DNA of 64,000 nt from Escherichia phage ph0021, in sequence record OP557970.1, one strand, 5' to 3'. How positions within the stretch are numbered: position 1 is the stretch's first letter; each line of letters starts with the position of its first letter. A program made the translations under genes and the position numbers. Below are positions 42,617-53,305 of the stretch, in pieces. The notes beneath the pieces were generated by a model that worked only from the letters and a program-made list of their open reading frames with translations, did no database searches and was not told where the DNA came from.

Positions 42617-42716
42617 TGGTCTGTGTTATTTTCTTCAAAAATTTTTTCTACGAATTCCTTGAACGACTCACGTTCCTGAGCTACATTATGCTCGATTACC
42701 ATTTCAAGATTATGAC

Positions 42717-42995
42717 TCATTCGAAATAATCTTCAATTTCGTAATCATGGACGTAAATCATTATAGTTTTTAATACATCATCAATACTTTTTCCTGGAGC
42801 TGGAATTACGTAAAAATATCCTGCTTTTGAGAGGTCTTTATAAGTTCCAACCAAGAAATCATTATTCTCGAGATGTAATTCTTCAACTAATTCATTAACA
42901 ATTGAATGGTATAAATTTGGTAGAAACTTATATAGCTTTTCTAGAATATCAATTTTGATTGTATATTGAACCACAGATTGAGAATCAATAATCAT
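42717..42995 (-). CDS. arn: Arn-like anti-restriction protein (McrBC inhibitor)
   Basis: 92 aa acidic protein at the T4 arn position between asiA and motA. Confidence 0.6.
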   Translation of the reverse strand: MIIDSQSVVQYTIKIDILEKLYKFLPNLYHSIVNELVEELHLENNDFLVGTYKDLSKAGYFYVIPAPGKSIDDVLKTIMIYVHDYEIEDYFE

Positions 42996-43078
42996 AGACC
43001 TTCCCCTTATGTTTCTGTTTGCGATTAGATTCTTTAAACGCTTTCTTCTTATCCTTATGAACAGAAGCTTTATTAAAA

Positions 43079-43297
43079 TTATGTTTTGCGACTAAATTGT
43101 TCATAGTGCTGAATTACCTCTCTCAAACATTTGCATGTGAATGAAAACTTTTTAGCTACACCACATTCAAATATGTGTTCTCTTAAATCACGTGTATCAG
43201 TATATCCCATCTCAACAATAAAATGCCGTATTAGATTTTTATCTTTATCATTGAGAGAATTAAAATAATCGGATTTTGAATTAATTTCCCTGGCCAA
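43079..43297 (-). CDS. hypothetical protein
   Basis: 72 aa ORF. Confidence 0.35.
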   Translation of the reverse strand: MAREINSKSDYFNSLNDKDKNLIRHFIVEMGYTDTRDLREHIFECGVAKKFSFTCKCLREVIQHYEQFSRKT

Positions 43298-43577
43298 ATT
43301 GAATCACCTTCAGTTGACGTTTTAATTCTTTTATCATCTCTTCGTTCATCGCAATATAAAGATCGCGTAAAGCAGGTTTTAACATTCCATTTACTGGAGA
43401 ACTAAATGGACATACATAATCTTTTCCTACGAGCTTTTTGGTGAATTCCATATCACAGAACTGAAATGCCGGTTCATTGGCATAAATTCCCCAATTAGTT
43501 GACATCATTTTATTGGCATATTCCAACGCCTGGATTTGATTCTTAATTCCATCAATTTGAAACTTTTTAATATTCAT
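43281..43577 (-). CDS. hypothetical protein
   Basis: 98 aa ORF. Confidence 0.35.
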   Translation of the reverse strand: MNIKKFQIDGIKNQIQALEYANKMMSTNWGIYANEPAFQFCDMEFTKKLVGKDYVCPFSSPVNGMLKPALRDLYIAMNEEMIKELKRQLKVIQFGQGN

Positions 43578-44038
43578 TAGTAAAGGTCCTCAGAGTAAAG
43601 TTCTTTTTCACTACCACCGTGTTCAATACGTACTTGTCCGGCGTAAGTTGCAATAATCATTGCTTCTTCACGTGTCCAGTAATTGCTATACTGATCAATA
43701 AACCCTTGGTCATCATCACAAACTTGCTGAGTAACTAATTGGGGTTTAACTACATCTAAAACTTCTGCCATATCTTTAGAATAATGACGAGCACCTGGAA
43801 TAACAAGAGTTCGTCCATCTTTTAATTTAAAACGGTTGGCGGCACAAACAATTCGTCGTTGATACTTTTGGTTTTCATCCCAGTATGCGGTCTGCCAACA
43901 GATTTCAGGAACTTCTTTCAGAATATCTTCTTCTGTGCATTTATAACCATGTGCTTTAAATTTTTCAACAAGACTTTCTGGAGTTTCACGAGATAAAGGA
44001 ACATTCAGCATTTTTAAACGATTAATAAATGGGTTCAT
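43577..44038 (-). CDS. hypothetical protein
   Basis: 153 aa ORF; no motif recognised. Confidence 0.4.
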   Translation of the reverse strand: MNPFINRLKMLNVPLSRETPESLVEKFKAHGYKCTEEDILKEVPEICWQTAYWDENQKYQRRIVCAANRFKLKDGRTLVIPGARHYSKDMAEVLDVVKPQLVTQQVCDDDQGFIDQYSNYWTREEAMIIATYAGQVRIEHGGSEKELYSEDLY

Positions 44039-44364
44039 TTAAACCATCCTTTAATACGCTGCCACAGAGTTTTCTGTTGAGCTTTGTTAACACCAATTGA
44101 GCGAATAACTGGTTGAGATTCCTGGAATTCTTTATAATCAGCAAGGTAAATTTCGTAAGCCGATTGAACAAAGGTACTAATCGCTGCCATGAAGTTCTTG
44201 CGAATTCCCATAGAGGCTTCAGAACCACCACGGATGATTAAATATTTACCAGTCTTAATCTTTACGATAGTTCCAAGATAAGCTCCATGGTACCAGATGT
44301 CCCACCCCTCTTGAGTGGGTTCTGCACAACGACGAAGTTCATTAACAATTTCTAACTTGTTCAT
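44035..44364 (-). CDS. hypothetical protein (motA.1 position)
   Basis: 109 aa ORF. Confidence 0.4.
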   Translation of the reverse strand: MNKLEIVNELRRCAEPTQEGWDIWYHGAYLGTIVKIKTGKYLIIRGGSEASMGIRKNFMAAISTFVQSAYEIYLADYKEFQESQPVIRSIGVNKAQQKTLWQRIKGWFK

Positions 44365-44374
44365 TATTTATTCC

Positions 44375-45010
44375 TCACAGTTCAGATGCTACGGTGATTA
44401 CCGCTTCAATGTTTTCTGCCGAGCGTTTAATGTCAAGATACACATTACCGTTTTTAGCGATTTTACATGACATTCCGATATCAATAAATTTCTGAATATG
44501 ATGTTCCATCATTTTGTATCCAAAAATTCGCATATTTCCATTATTGTTAATTTCAAAATTACGAATTCCGTGAGTGCGTTTTTCTAAAATAGCGAGATAG
44601 TTACTACGATAAGTTTCAACCTTTTTAAGAACAAATCCATTTTCATCTAAAAGTTTTAGCATAAGGTCTTTATCTTCTTCCATATCGGAAGTAATCTCAC
44701 GAGCTTTACGAGTTGCTCGTTTTTTCAGTAGTTCAGGAGCATTTTCCTGTGCATATAAAGTTGCTGCATTTGAAATAATATCCTGAGCTTCTCCTGTAAT
44801 GATTAATCCATCACCAGATTTCTCTACCAGACCTTTTTTAATCAATACCCCAATATTACTATTAACTACTGCATTACCTAAATCTGGATGCACCTCACGA
44901 ACTTCTGCGGCTGTAATGAAATCTTTCTTAGCAATGGTAATTAAAATCGCAGCAGTTTTTTCATTCAGAACATCGTTAGAAGCTTTGATGATGTAAGTTA
45001 CTTTAGACAT
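44375..45010 (-). CDS. motA: MotA middle-transcription activator
   Basis: 211 aa starting MSKVTYIIKASNDVLNEKTAAILITIAKKDFITAAEV. Confidence 0.9.
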   Translation of the reverse strand: MSKVTYIIKASNDVLNEKTAAILITIAKKDFITAAEVREVHPDLGNAVVNSNIGVLIKKGLVEKSGDGLIITGEAQDIISNAATLYAQENAPELLKKRATRKAREITSDMEEDKDLMLKLLDENGFVLKKVETYRSNYLAILEKRTHGIRNFEINNNGNMRIFGYKMMEHHIQKFIDIGMSCKIAKNGNVYLDIKRSAENIEAVITVASEL

Positions 45011-45045
45011 TTTAATCTCCGTTTCAGTTCATTTATTTGATAGGT

Positions 45046-45076
45046 CTATAGTATCATGTTTAAAGCAGAAGTAAAC
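45046..45076 (-). promoter_or_regulatory. T4-type early promoter for motA
   Basis: GTTTAC (45071..45076) and GATACTATAG -10 region on minus strand. Confidence 0.55.
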
Positions 45077-45115
45077 ACTTTTTTGCACTCTTTTTCAAGA
45101 GCTCTAATAAAGTAC

Positions 45116-45343
45116 TTACTTAATGTTCAGATTACGAACTTCGATTTCGTCTTCATGGGCAAAATCAAACTGTTTGAATTCTGTGTCACCTTTAAATTTA
45201 AAAATCATTGTGAAGAAAGTCAGAACACCAGGTTTTTCTTCACGAACTCCACAGATATCATATTCAATACCATCTACAACCAGTTTGTTAGCAGTCAGAG
45301 CATTTTTAGCTTTAACGATTTCGTTTTCGATTTTAAATTTCAT
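45116..45343 (-). CDS. hypothetical protein
   Basis: 75 aa ORF with its own early promoter. Confidence 0.4.
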   Translation of the reverse strand: MKFKIENEIVKAKNALTANKLVVDGIEYDICGVREEKPGVLTFFTMIFKFKGDTEFKQFDFAHEDEIEVRNLNIK

Positions 45344-45389
45344 TTTTTGTATCTCCGGGTTGTTTGTTTCAGTTCATTTATTTGATAGT

Positions 45390-45422
45390 TGTATAGTACC
45401 ACAGTATGCTTTGGTTGTAAAC
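45390..45422 (-). promoter_or_regulatory. T4-type early promoter with UP element
   Basis: GTTTACA (45417..45422), TATACA-like -10, upstream ttttgtgaaaaaatttttgaaataaaaaa. Confidence 0.55.
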
Positions 45423-45439
45423 CGTTTTGTGAAAAAATT

Positions 45440-45472
45440 TTTGAAATAAAAAAGGGAGAGCCTCGGCTCTCC
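45440..45472 (-). terminator. rho-independent terminator
   Basis: Hairpin gggagagcctcggctctccc followed by U-run on the minus transcript. Confidence 0.6.
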
Positions 45473-45477
45473 CTAAA

Positions 45478-45627
45478 ATTACTGCATGACTGTGATAACT
45501 GTCATGATAACACGTTGAATTCCGAACGCAAGAAGACCTCCTGCTACGGCAGGAACAACACCTAAACCCGCCAGTAAAATGCCACCAGATACTAATGCAG
45601 CGCTTGTAATACCTATGAATGGACTCA
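45478..45627 (-). CDS. small hydrophobic membrane peptide (~49 aa), translationally coupled to gene 52
   Basis: MSPFIGITSAALVSGGILLAGLGVVPAVAGGLLAFGIQRVIMTVITVMQ; ATG overlaps the gene 52 stop (ATGA); below the ORF-track size cut-off. Confidence 0.45.
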
Positions 45628-46953
45628 TTTGATTTCCTCTAAATCTTTGGTGTATTCTGTAACTACATCAGTAGTTTTCCAATATTCGTTTTCTTCTTTT
45701 TTAGCTTTAGCTTCTTCAGCAAGTTTCTTTGCTTCGTCGGAAGTCATATGAAAAATATTCATTCCGACTAGTTTATCAACATAAGAAGAATACATCTCAA
45801 TTTTAGAAAGTTCTTCAGTCAGTTCTTTGCGAGTTTTACCCTGTACAACGATTTCACCTGAAATTACTTTCTTAATGAAATGTGCCTTGGCAAAAGCTAA
45901 ACGAAAAGCTGACTCAGTTTCTTTAATTTTATTATCAATTCGTTTTTGGACATAAGTTTTACGAACTTCAACGAAGTCTTTGATTAAATCAACTACGTTA
46001 TCGTAAACTTGTAGTTTTCCTTTCTCATTAATAACCGTAATATTCTGAGAACGACGCTCAATCAACCCGAAGTCTTTCATAATTTTTGCATGGCGTTCTT
46101 CTTCATTATCGCTCAAAGAGTATTCTTTTCGGAATTTAACTTTGAATCCAAAACCATGCTCACCACAAGCATCATCCCATGTAATGAAGCCTTTATCTTC
46201 AAGTGGGTCTAAGATTTTACTCACATAAATTTCACGATCATACTTATACGGAATCTCAGTGATATGCATTTGAGTTCGTGAAGTAAACTTATATGTTCCA
46301 CGAATTTCATATTGCCCATCAATTTCAACGACTTCACCACGAAATTCTGGGAATTCTACCTTCGGTTTAGTTACTTTCTTTCCTTGAAGAGCTTGTAATA
46401 CAGCTTTCTTGACAGAAGAAACACTATGAGGAAGAATGTAAGTTGCATAACCAGTTGCAATACCGGAAACGCCATTAAGAAGAACAGTAGGAATAATAGG
46501 CAAATAGAAAGCAGGCGGAATGTGTTCTTTATCTTGATGTACCGGAGCATATTCAGTATCTTTATATACGTTATAGAAATTTTTACTTACACGAGCAAAA
46601 ATATAACGACTTGCTGCTGCCTTTTGGACAGTACGAGAACCAAAGTTTCCTTGACCGTCTAACAGAGGAAAGTTATTATTCCAAGTGTTAGCCATCAAAG
46701 CACCTGCGTCTTGCGCAGAGTTTTCACCATGATGATATCCAAGGTCCGCTACACCGCCTGCGATAGAAGCGAGTTTGTGAAACTTATCTTTATTTCCTCG
46801 TGCCAAATCAAGAGCTCGAGCAATAACAAATCGTTGAACTGGCTTAAATCCGTCAATCATATTTGGAATGGCACGATTTTCAACCGTGTACATAGCATAA
46901 GCCAATGCTTCATTATCAATGATACTTTTTAAATCGCGATTATTCAGTTGCAT
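45625..46953 (-). CDS. 52: topoisomerase II medium subunit gp52
   Basis: 442 aa; GyrA/ParC-like N-terminus MQLNNRDLKSIIDNEALAYAMYTVENRAIP. Confidence 0.95.
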   Translation of the reverse strand: MQLNNRDLKSIIDNEALAYAMYTVENRAIPNMIDGFKPVQRFVIARALDLARGNKDKFHKLASIAGGVADLGYHHGENSAQDAGALMANTWNNNFPLLDGQGNFGSRTVQKAAASRYIFARVSKNFYNVYKDTEYAPVHQDKEHIPPAFYLPIIPTVLLNGVSGIATGYATYILPHSVSSVKKAVLQALQGKKVTKPKVEFPEFRGEVVEIDGQYEIRGTYKFTSRTQMHITEIPYKYDREIYVSKILDPLEDKGFITWDDACGEHGFGFKVKFRKEYSLSDNEEERHAKIMKDFGLIERRSQNITVINEKGKLQVYDNVVDLIKDFVEVRKTYVQKRIDNKIKETESAFRLAFAKAHFIKKVISGEIVVQGKTRKELTEELSKIEMYSSYVDKLVGMNIFHMTSDEAKKLAEEAKAKKEENEYWKTTDVVTEYTKDLEEIK

Positions 46954-46957
46954 AAAT

Positions 46958-47098
46958 TTACCATACTAGTGAATGTAGTGCCATAATAACATCAGAAATG
47001 AAAAGCACGACTTGAATTAATCCGAACATTACTCCATAATATAGTGCTACCAATAAAGTAGCAAGGGCTAATGAATAGCCCAAGATTTTCTTAATCAT
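46958..47098 (-). CDS. small hydrophobic peptide (~46 aa)
   Basis: MIKKILGYSLALATLLVALYYGVMFGLIQVVLFISDVIMALHSLVW; hand-translated. Confidence 0.35.
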   Translation of the reverse strand: MIKKILGYSLALATLLVALYYGVMFGLIQVVLFISDVIMALHSLVW

Positions 47099-47249
47099 TA
47101 GTAGATAACAACACAAATGTTAAATATGCACACATACCCTGGGCTAAAGCTTGTGAAAACACACTGCTAGCATCGATACAGATAGTTAAAACACATGCTA
47201 CTATCCAACAAATAAATGAAATAACTCCTAATAATTTTGCGATATTCAT
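47091..47249 (-). CDS. small membrane protein (~52 aa), Ac-like by size and position
   Basis: MNIAKLLGVISFICWIVACVLTICIDASSVFSQALAQGMCAYLTFVLLSTND; preceded by UUCG hairpin and RBS. Confidence 0.35.
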   Translation of the reverse strand: MNIAKLLGVISFICWIVACVLTICIDASSVFSQALAQGMCAYLTFVLLSTND

Positions 47250-47336
47250 ATTTTCCTCACTGGCGTCCGAAGACGCCTTTAGTTTTAAGATTATTACGAT
47301 AGAACTGCATCACATGTTCGTTATGGAAATTACTCA

Positions 47337-47795
47337 TTAATATGCCTGCAAAACGAATTTAAAATTATCAGCCAACATACGGTTCATTTCTTCAAGTGTT
47401 TGATACTCAGAATGATGATTACGAGTAAACGCTAAAGCTAACTGTCCTTTTCCAAATCCCGTCGTCAGAGGTTTCATCTTAGAAGCAGGCAGATAAAATA
47501 CTGCGTATGGAACATTGTTATTTGCAATAGTACGTGCAAGCTGAGACCGACGTTGACGAATATGACTTAGAACTGCACTGAATCCTTGCTTAGAACGCTG
47601 ATTACCTACATAAAATCGTGCAGACACGCATGGATTACTAAATGGACGACCATCTAATTTACTCACTAAAAAGTAAAATCCAGGTTTAGATAAAAAGTCT
47701 TTATGCGGAGTTCCCAAAAACCATTCACCGTTCTTGATTGTACCAATAACGGTAGCGCCAGCATTATTCAGATCAGTAGCAGTCATATATTTCAT
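47337..47795 (-). CDS. ndd: Ndd nucleoid disruption protein
   Basis: From internal Met [29 protein letters not shown]4 Ndd-like, ~152 aa. Confidence 0.85.
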
Positions 47796-47855
47796 ATTAA
47801 TTTCCTCTAAATTATTTTCTACTCCAAGGCCGCATGAATACACGCGGCCATTAAA

Positions 47856-48071
47856 TTAATCGTCGCAGTCGACGCTCAATTCCCAAAACTCTTCTACGGT
47901 ATAAGTTTCAGTATCATTTTCAATACAGAAACGTTCATTACTATTATTTGCTAAAGTAGCGTTAACTGTCATTTTCTCGCTGGTGCTCTTAAGAGGTGAA
48001 ATACGAATTAACTGATCACCACTATCCAAGCAAAAAATTTCACCAACTTTTACATCTTTAAAGATTTTCAT
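47856..48071 (-). CDS. hypothetical protein (ndd.x)
   Basis: 71 aa ORF. Confidence 0.35.
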   Translation of the reverse strand: MKIFKDVKVGEIFCLDSGDQLIRISPLKSTSEKMTVNATLANNSNERFCIENDTETYTVEEFWELSVDCDD

Positions 48072-48186
48072 AATTCACCTCAAGGAGTATAAAATCCAAA
48101 TGCAGTTGTTGACCATCCCATCCAATATGGAAAATTTGCGCCAATGTAAAACATAAGAATATAAAACCAACCACTCAGCAAATTCA

Positions 48187-48384
48187 TCATTTTACACCAT
48201 TCCAAATTGTTTCAACCACGGATTTTAAACCATTTTGATGAATATCCATTCCGACTACCGTCATCAAATAAATTCCAACTACAACTGAACCTAAGGCAAA
48301 AATCAGCATGAAAATGAATAAAGCCGGAAAAATATTATCGAAAAACCATTCAATAAATGTAAAAGCACTGCGTTTACGCTTCAT
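48187..48384 (-). CDS. small membrane protein (ndd.x)
   Basis: Hydrophobic core FPALFIFMLIFALGSVVVGIYLMTVV; likely start MKRKRS after a GAGGA RBS. Confidence 0.4.
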   Translation of the reverse strand: MKRKRSAFTFIEWFFDNIFPALFIFMLIFALGSVVVGIYLMTVVGMDIHQNGLKSVVETIWNGVK

Positions 48385-48391
48385 ATTTTCC

Positions 48392-48505
48392 TCACATAAA
48401 TCCAAAGTAAACGTTTAATACATCAATCATTAAAACGATTGGGAATATACTCAAAACTATTAGTATTATAACTACATTCCATATAGCTTTAACAATCTTT
48501 TTCAT
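48392..48505 (-). CDS. small membrane peptide (~37 aa)
   Basis: MKKIVKAIWNVVIILIVLSIFPIVLMIDVLNVYFGFM directly downstream of a promoter and GGAGG RBS. Confidence 0.4.
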   Translation of the reverse strand: MKKIVKAIWNVVIILIVLSIFPIVLMIDVLNVYFGFM

Positions 48506-48530
48506 TTTCTGTTCCTCCGTAGTTGATAGG

Positions 48531-48564
48531 GTAATAGTACCACGGAAGAACAGTCTTGTAAACA
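48531..48564 (-). promoter_or_regulatory. T4-type early promoter
   Basis: GTTTAC (48559..48564) and TACTAT -10 on minus strand. Confidence 0.55.
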
Positions 48565-48748
48565 ACTTTTTTAAAAATATTCGTAATAAATGTGAATACC
48601 AATCACTACTGCCGAAACTTGTGCAACCCACCATGCACACGCAATAAGTACAGAATTCAAAATTTTCATAATAACCTCATCACAAAAGTAAATGTTAAAC
48701 AAATTACTGGAATACTAATTAACCAAACAAAACACCAACATAATGAAC

Positions 48749-49012
48749 TCATAGTTCAATCTCAACGATTTCCAAGTGTTTTTGTTTTATTGCCTTTTTA
48801 ACACAATCATGGACTAAATATGACCATGAATCATTATATTCTCCATTAACTAATCGTTGGAGATCTTCACGTGATGATAAGTAAGGTTGATCTGATTCCC
48901 ATTTTGATAAAAATACTGCAGTAAAAATATCTCCTTCATCTGTAGTTGAAGTCGTAAATGCAATAAATTCACCGGTAATTTTATGTTTAGCGTAATAAAA
49001 TTTAAATTTCAT
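48749..49012 (-). CDS. hypothetical protein (~87 aa from MKFKFYYAK)
   Basis: Promoter and GGAGG RBS lie inside the longer ORF-track reading, so the internal start is preferred. Confidence 0.4.
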   Translation of the reverse strand: MKFKFYYAKHKITGEFIAFTTSTTDEGDIFTAVFLSKWESDQPYLSSREDLQRLVNGEYNDSWSYLVHDCVKKAIKQKHLEIVEIEL

Positions 49013-49038
49013 TTTTACTCCTCCGTAGCTGATAGTTG

Positions 49039-49069
49039 TATAGTACCACGGTCCTTGTGGTATGTAAAC
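49039..49069 (-). promoter_or_regulatory. T4-type early promoter
   Basis: GTTTACA (49064..49069) and TACTATACA -10 region on minus strand. Confidence 0.55.
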
Positions 49070-49086
49070 TGTTTTGTGAAAATTTT

Positions 49087-49644
49087 TTAAATGGAAAGAT
49101 ACCATCCATTGTAGTTGCTTTTTCTTACAACCTTACGAAGGTCTTCTCTGTCACCGATGAACTTCGGAGTGTACTGGATGACACCTGGATGAATTTCTTT
49201 AGTGTTGAATATAATTATACAGTCAGCGACTTGATGATTTAGAATGGGCCCTAGATTTATTCCAGAACCGTATGGATACTCTCCGCTGCATCCTGTTGTT
49301 ACAGAAATCCAACGTGAGCCAGTTTGATGTGTCTTAACTTCTACACGAAGCCCACAGTATTTTGGATGTGCTAAAACATCCCACGCGTATGTATATGGAT
49401 CATCGACATCTTCTTGACCTTTATTAACATACCCGCTTAGCCAATCTGCTACAAAAAACTCTGCGTATACAGCAATACGACATCTTTCAATAACTTCTGC
49501 TTTATCCTGGTTCGGGTTTTGTTTTAAAGAGTATCTTGCAGTATCAGCAATTTTGACCTTCATTTCACTAGTCAAGTCACTGTTCGATAGGGTAAATGTC
49601 GGAATCTGAAATAGTCTCTGTAAACCCGGATTCGTTTTCTGCAT
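49087..49644 (-). CDS. denB: DenB-like endonuclease IV
   Basis: 185 aa (T4 DenB size) located between ndd and rIIB. Confidence 0.55.
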   Translation of the reverse strand: MQKTNPGLQRLFQIPTFTLSNSDLTSEMKVKIADTARYSLKQNPNQDKAEVIERCRIAVYAEFFVADWLSGYVNKGQEDVDDPYTYAWDVLAHPKYCGLRVEVKTHQTGSRWISVTTGCSGEYPYGSGINLGPILNHQVADCIIIFNTKEIHPGVIQYTPKFIGDREDLRKVVRKSNYNGWYLSI

Positions 49645-49906
49645 TTAGACTTTCCTTTTTACCACTGAGATAAGCGTTATATACTTTAAGAGTGCCGTAA
49701 TAAATTCGGTCATTTTCATCTAAAGACTCGCGGTCAAGTTCATCAAGCTCCTTTTTATCCATGACTATAACATCATTACAGTAAAGAAACCCAAGTTTTT
49801 CGTGACCAAACTCAAATTTATTACAGTACACAATATTAGCGTGATGATTTCCGTGCAGTTTAATCTCTTTTATGTCGGAATCACCGATATTCATACAATA
49901 AATCAT
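49577..49906 (-). CDS. hypothetical protein
   Basis: 109 aa ORF, partly overlapping denB in another frame. Confidence 0.3.
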   Translation of the reverse strand: MIYCMNIGDSDIKEIKLHGNHHANIVYCNKFEFGHEKLGFLYCNDVIVMDKKELDELDRESLDENDRIYYGTLKVYNAYLSGKKESLNAENESGFTETISDSDIYPIEQ

Positions 49907-49944
49907 AATTTTTCCTTAAAACAAAAGGGCCGAAGCCCTTTATT

Positions 49945-50139
49945 TTACTTGAATTGTGCAATTCTTTTCTCTAGACATTCAGCATAAGATTTCATTGAGA
50001 TGAACTGTGAAAGTAGCAGTTCTTGCTCAACTACACTAACTGTTAGAAACTTTGCGCTTTCTAAAAATTTACTCAGTGCATTAATTTTGAGCATTAATTG
50101 ATCGTATTCTTCTTTTACTCGTGCTTGATAACCTAACAT
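49945..50139 (-). CDS. hypothetical protein
   Basis: 64 aa ORF flanked by GNRA/UUCG hairpins. Confidence 0.35.
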   Translation of the reverse strand: MLGYQARVKEEYDQLMLKINALSKFLESAKFLTVSVVEQELLLSQFISMKSYAECLEKRIAQFK

Positions 50140-50167
50140 AATTTTCCTTAGTTAAGGGCCGAAGCCC

Positions 50168-51106
50168 TTATTTAAATTGTTCAGTAACGTCTTCAACTAC
50201 TTCGTATTGGCAGGTACGCATTTTAGCGTCGTTATAATCAATCGGAATTGATACCACATCGCGAGGATGCACTTTAACTTTTACGACTCGGCTGGTTGAA
50301 CTGCCAAAGTGACGAATATAAGATTTAGAACACACATGCAGACCACGAGAACAAGTTTGTGTATCATCGTCATTCACACGAGTACGTGGCATTTTAACTA
50401 CTTTACCCGGACTGTTATCAAAGGTATTTGAGTGACAGTCAAAGTAATTGCTGCGAACTACTTTCCAAGCATAGAAGTAGCCATCTTCTGTAATTTCAAT
50501 ATCGTTTGCTACCAAGAAATCAAAGAGTCGAGATACCGCTTTTTGGCTTGGGTTTTCCAGCAGATTTTCCAAGAACGGAAAATAAAATTCAAAGTTTTCG
50601 CCTTTTTCCATCGAGTCAAGAATACGATCAACCAAACCAGACCGCAATTCAATATTTTGATAGAACAAGCTTCCACCTTCAATTCGAACATCGCCGGAAA
50701 TATATTTTTCAACAGCGCGACGAACATTAATTTTTTGTGCTGCTTCTTCCAGCTTATCCGCTACAAGCAGATTAAGAATTTCCTGGAAGTTTGAATGAGT
50801 ATTAGGAGTTGCGTTATAAGTTACACCGTCAACAGTAATTGAAATGAATTTTTTAGATGCATTCCAAATAATGTCAGATTTAGCAACTGGAGCAATAACT
50901 GCATCGCTATTAACTTTAACTGTAATATCACCACTAATAGTAACTTTAGAGCGTTCTGCTTCTTCAGCATTTTTCAAAACACGACGGATTGTGTCAACCG
51001 ATACACCTTGCCAATCAGCCAATTCCTGCTGGGTGTAATTACCACTTGAATACAGTTTAACAATTTCAGCTTGTTCGTTTTTGGTCAGGCATTTAATATT
51101 GTACAT
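50168..51106 (-). CDS. rIIB: rIIB
   Basis: 312 aa, T4 rIIB length, directly downstream of rIIA. Confidence 0.9.
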   Translation of the reverse strand: MYNIKCLTKNEQAEIVKLYSSGNYTQQELADWQGVSVDTIRRVLKNAEEAERSKVTISGDITVKVNSDAVIAPVAKSDIIWNASKKFISITVDGVTYNATPNTHSNFQEILNLLVADKLEEAAQKINVRRAVEKYISGDVRIEGGSLFYQNIELRSGLVDRILDSMEKGENFEFYFPFLENLLENPSQKAVSRLFDFLVANDIEITEDGYFYAWKVVRSNYFDCHSNTFDNSPGKVVKMPRTRVNDDDTQTCSRGLHVCSKSYIRHFGSSTSRVVKVKVHPRDVVSIPIDYNDAKMRTCQYEVVEDVTEQFK

Positions 51107-51117
51107 AATTTTCCTTA

Positions 51118-53295
51118 TTAGGCCGCAAGGGCCTTCATAGTTTTAGCGATTTGAGAAACTTCATCATCACTTAAAGAGTTGCGATAACCGATGAAGTCGG
51201 AAACAATACGGAATTTCTTGGTAAACTCAGCAACCATTTTATCACTGTTTTTTGAAGCATTATTTGACAATACATCAAAAAGATTAGTTACTGTCCAGAT
51301 GTCATGACCAATGGTATCTTTTCCACCATTAAAATATACACCGCGCAATGAACTAACTATATTAGCGAGTCGTGTATATTCTTCAGAAACTTCATCTGTA
51401 CTGAAGTACTTCATCATAAAATCTAACTCAGGATACTTGATAATTTTATCAATATATCGTTGAGCTGAACTTGAATAACCTACGTACTTATCATAATCTA
51501 CATCATCAAAAGCATCTACATATAAATCACGCAAAGCTTCAAAAATACACTGGCACTGACCGAGTTCTTTTACCTTTTTCTGTAAAAGCGGACGAATAAC
51601 ATAAAATTCATTAATGCCAATAAGATTAGCCATACGAATCAAAATATTCATAGATGGATGACAAAGAGATGTAGTACCATCCATAGAGAAAATATCAGAA
51701 CGATGCATATACGCTACATAACCAGTAATTTCATCTGCTTCTGATGTGAGCGTAAATAATTCCTCTTTTTCCCAGCGCCCGTCTTTAATTTCAAACTTAA
51801 ATGCTGTAGCAGCTTTAGGACGAGGAGCTTTACTTTTAACTACCTTTGGAATATAGCTTTTAACTAAAGCTTCGATTTCTGACAAATAATGAATGTTAAC
51901 TTCATCACTTTCAAACATCGCCATAATATCAGGGAGTAAATCAATCTGCGATTCTACTTCTGGGTTAATAAACAGAAGGCGTTCGTTATGATGAATATTC
52001 AAAGTGTTATTAAATTCACTATCATCTAACGCTCGTGCTAATCCACGAACAATATTAACACGATTTTTAATATTATCAATAACGATATTAATTTTTGTTG
52101 TATTAATACCAAACAGACGATAACTTGATGCAACGGCTGAAGTTTCATGACTTTGCTTAATGCGTTTCAGTCGAGGGTCAAGATTTACTTCATACACAAC
52201 TCCTGCATTGCATAACTTACTATCAGGTTCAAACATGCTTTGCATCTTTTTATATGACAGATTTTTAGTCGTGAATTTAACTGAATTACTAATCATATAA
52301 TCTCGAGCAGAATACCCCATCTTCATCAATTCACGATATGTGTGACGAGGAGATGTGGATTCTTTAAATCGTTTTACATCTTCATTAAATGCTTTCTCAC
52401 TGAGTTCTTTAACTCGTTCAATAATATTTTTACGAGTACGATCATCCAGTGAAAGAGCCTCGCGAGATGGAGCAATATCAAGTGAACCCATTGGAAACTT
52501 AATGTAATTCACTTCATTGCGAATGCTTAGCCAGTTACGGTCTCTAATAACACCATCGATAGGATAAACAATACCGCCATAGATAGCATATAATCCACCA
52601 CGATCAGGCCAGTATCTTTCTGGATTTACACCGTAATAGTCATCAAAATCCGGAAAATAATCAATTTCGCGGTCAAGACCATTAATGATAGCCAAATCTT
52701 TGAATGGTCGCATGATATAAGAAACTTCATAAGCAAAGTTTCTAAAGTCTTTTTCTTCAACTGGAACTACGATTTCAATACCAGTTTTATCATCTGGACC
52801 CATTTCTTTTACGAATGTAGGTTTAATCTGTGGACCATCACCATCCATGTAAGCTACATAACCACGAATTTCGCCTTTATGATATGAAGTAATACTAAAT
52901 GTATCAGTATAACTAAACGGAGATTTAGAACCTAAACCAAATCCACCAATGAAATCGTTAGATTCAGCCTTAGATGAACTAAAGTATGAATTATACAACC
53001 CAGGAGAATTATCATCACCCTGAATATCAAAATCGCTCATACCTGGACCAAAATCACGACAAACAAATCGCGGATCTAATCGTCCTGGAACTTGAATGAT
53101 AAATTTTTCAGGATTTCCATTGAGAGCATGGGCATCAATCATATTGGTAATCAATTCACGGACTACTGCGCGAATCTTGTTTGTATACAAATCAGATGAC
53201 AGAATTTTAAATACTTTAGGAGATGCTGTGATGCTAAATGCTTTTGATTTAGAACCATTGCCAAGAATTGTTTCTTTTTCAGTGGTGATAATCAT
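51118..53295 (-). CDS. rIIA: rIIA
   Basis: 725 aa, T4 rIIA length; N-terminus [26 protein letters not shown]. Confidence 0.95.
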   Translation of the reverse strand: MIITTEKETILGNGSKSKAFSITASPKVFKILSSDLYTNKIRAVVRELITNMIDAHALNGNPEKFIIQVPGRLDPRFVCRDFGPGMSDFDIQGDDNSPGLYNSYFSSSKAESNDFIGGFGLGSKSPFSYTDTFSITSYHKGEIRGYVAYMDGDGPQIKPTFVKEMGPDDKTGIEIVVPVEEKDFRNFAYEVSYIMRPFKDLAIINGLDREIDYFPDFDDYYGVNPERYWPDRGGLYAIYGGIVYPIDGVIRDRNWLSIRNEVNYIKFPMGSLDIAPSREALSLDDRTRKNIIERVKELSEKAFNEDVKRFKESTSPRHTYRELMKMGYSARDYMISNSVKFTTKNLSYKKMQSMFEPDSKLCNAGVVYEVNLDPRLKRIKQSHETSAVASSYRLFGINTTKINIVIDNIKNRVNIVRGLARALDDSEFNNTLNIHHNERLLFINPEVESQIDLLPDIMAMFESDEVNIHYLSEIEALVKSYIPKVVKSKAPRPKAATAFKFEIKDGRWEKEELFTLTSEADEITGYVAYMHRSDIFSMDGTTSLCHPSMNILIRMANLIGINEFYVIRPLLQKKVKELGQCQCIFEALRDLYVDAFDDVDYDKYVGYSSSAQRYIDKIIKYPELDFMMKYFSTDEVSEEYTRLANIVSSLRGVYFNGGKDTIGHDIWTVTNLFDVLSNNASKNSDKMVAEFTKKFRIVSDFIGYRNSLSDDEVSQIAKTMKALAA

Positions 53296-53305
53296 AATTT
53301 CCTCA

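Noticed and set aside
28107-49085. CRISPR array suggested by repeated ~30-70 bp elements
   Set aside because: The repeats are promoter and leader sequences spaced kilobases apart, each in front of a gene; there are no regularly spaced short repeats with spacers.
49013-49105. N-terminal extension of the 48749..49105 ORF
   Set aside because: An early promoter and GGAGG RBS lie inside this extension, so translation most likely starts at the internal MKFKF.
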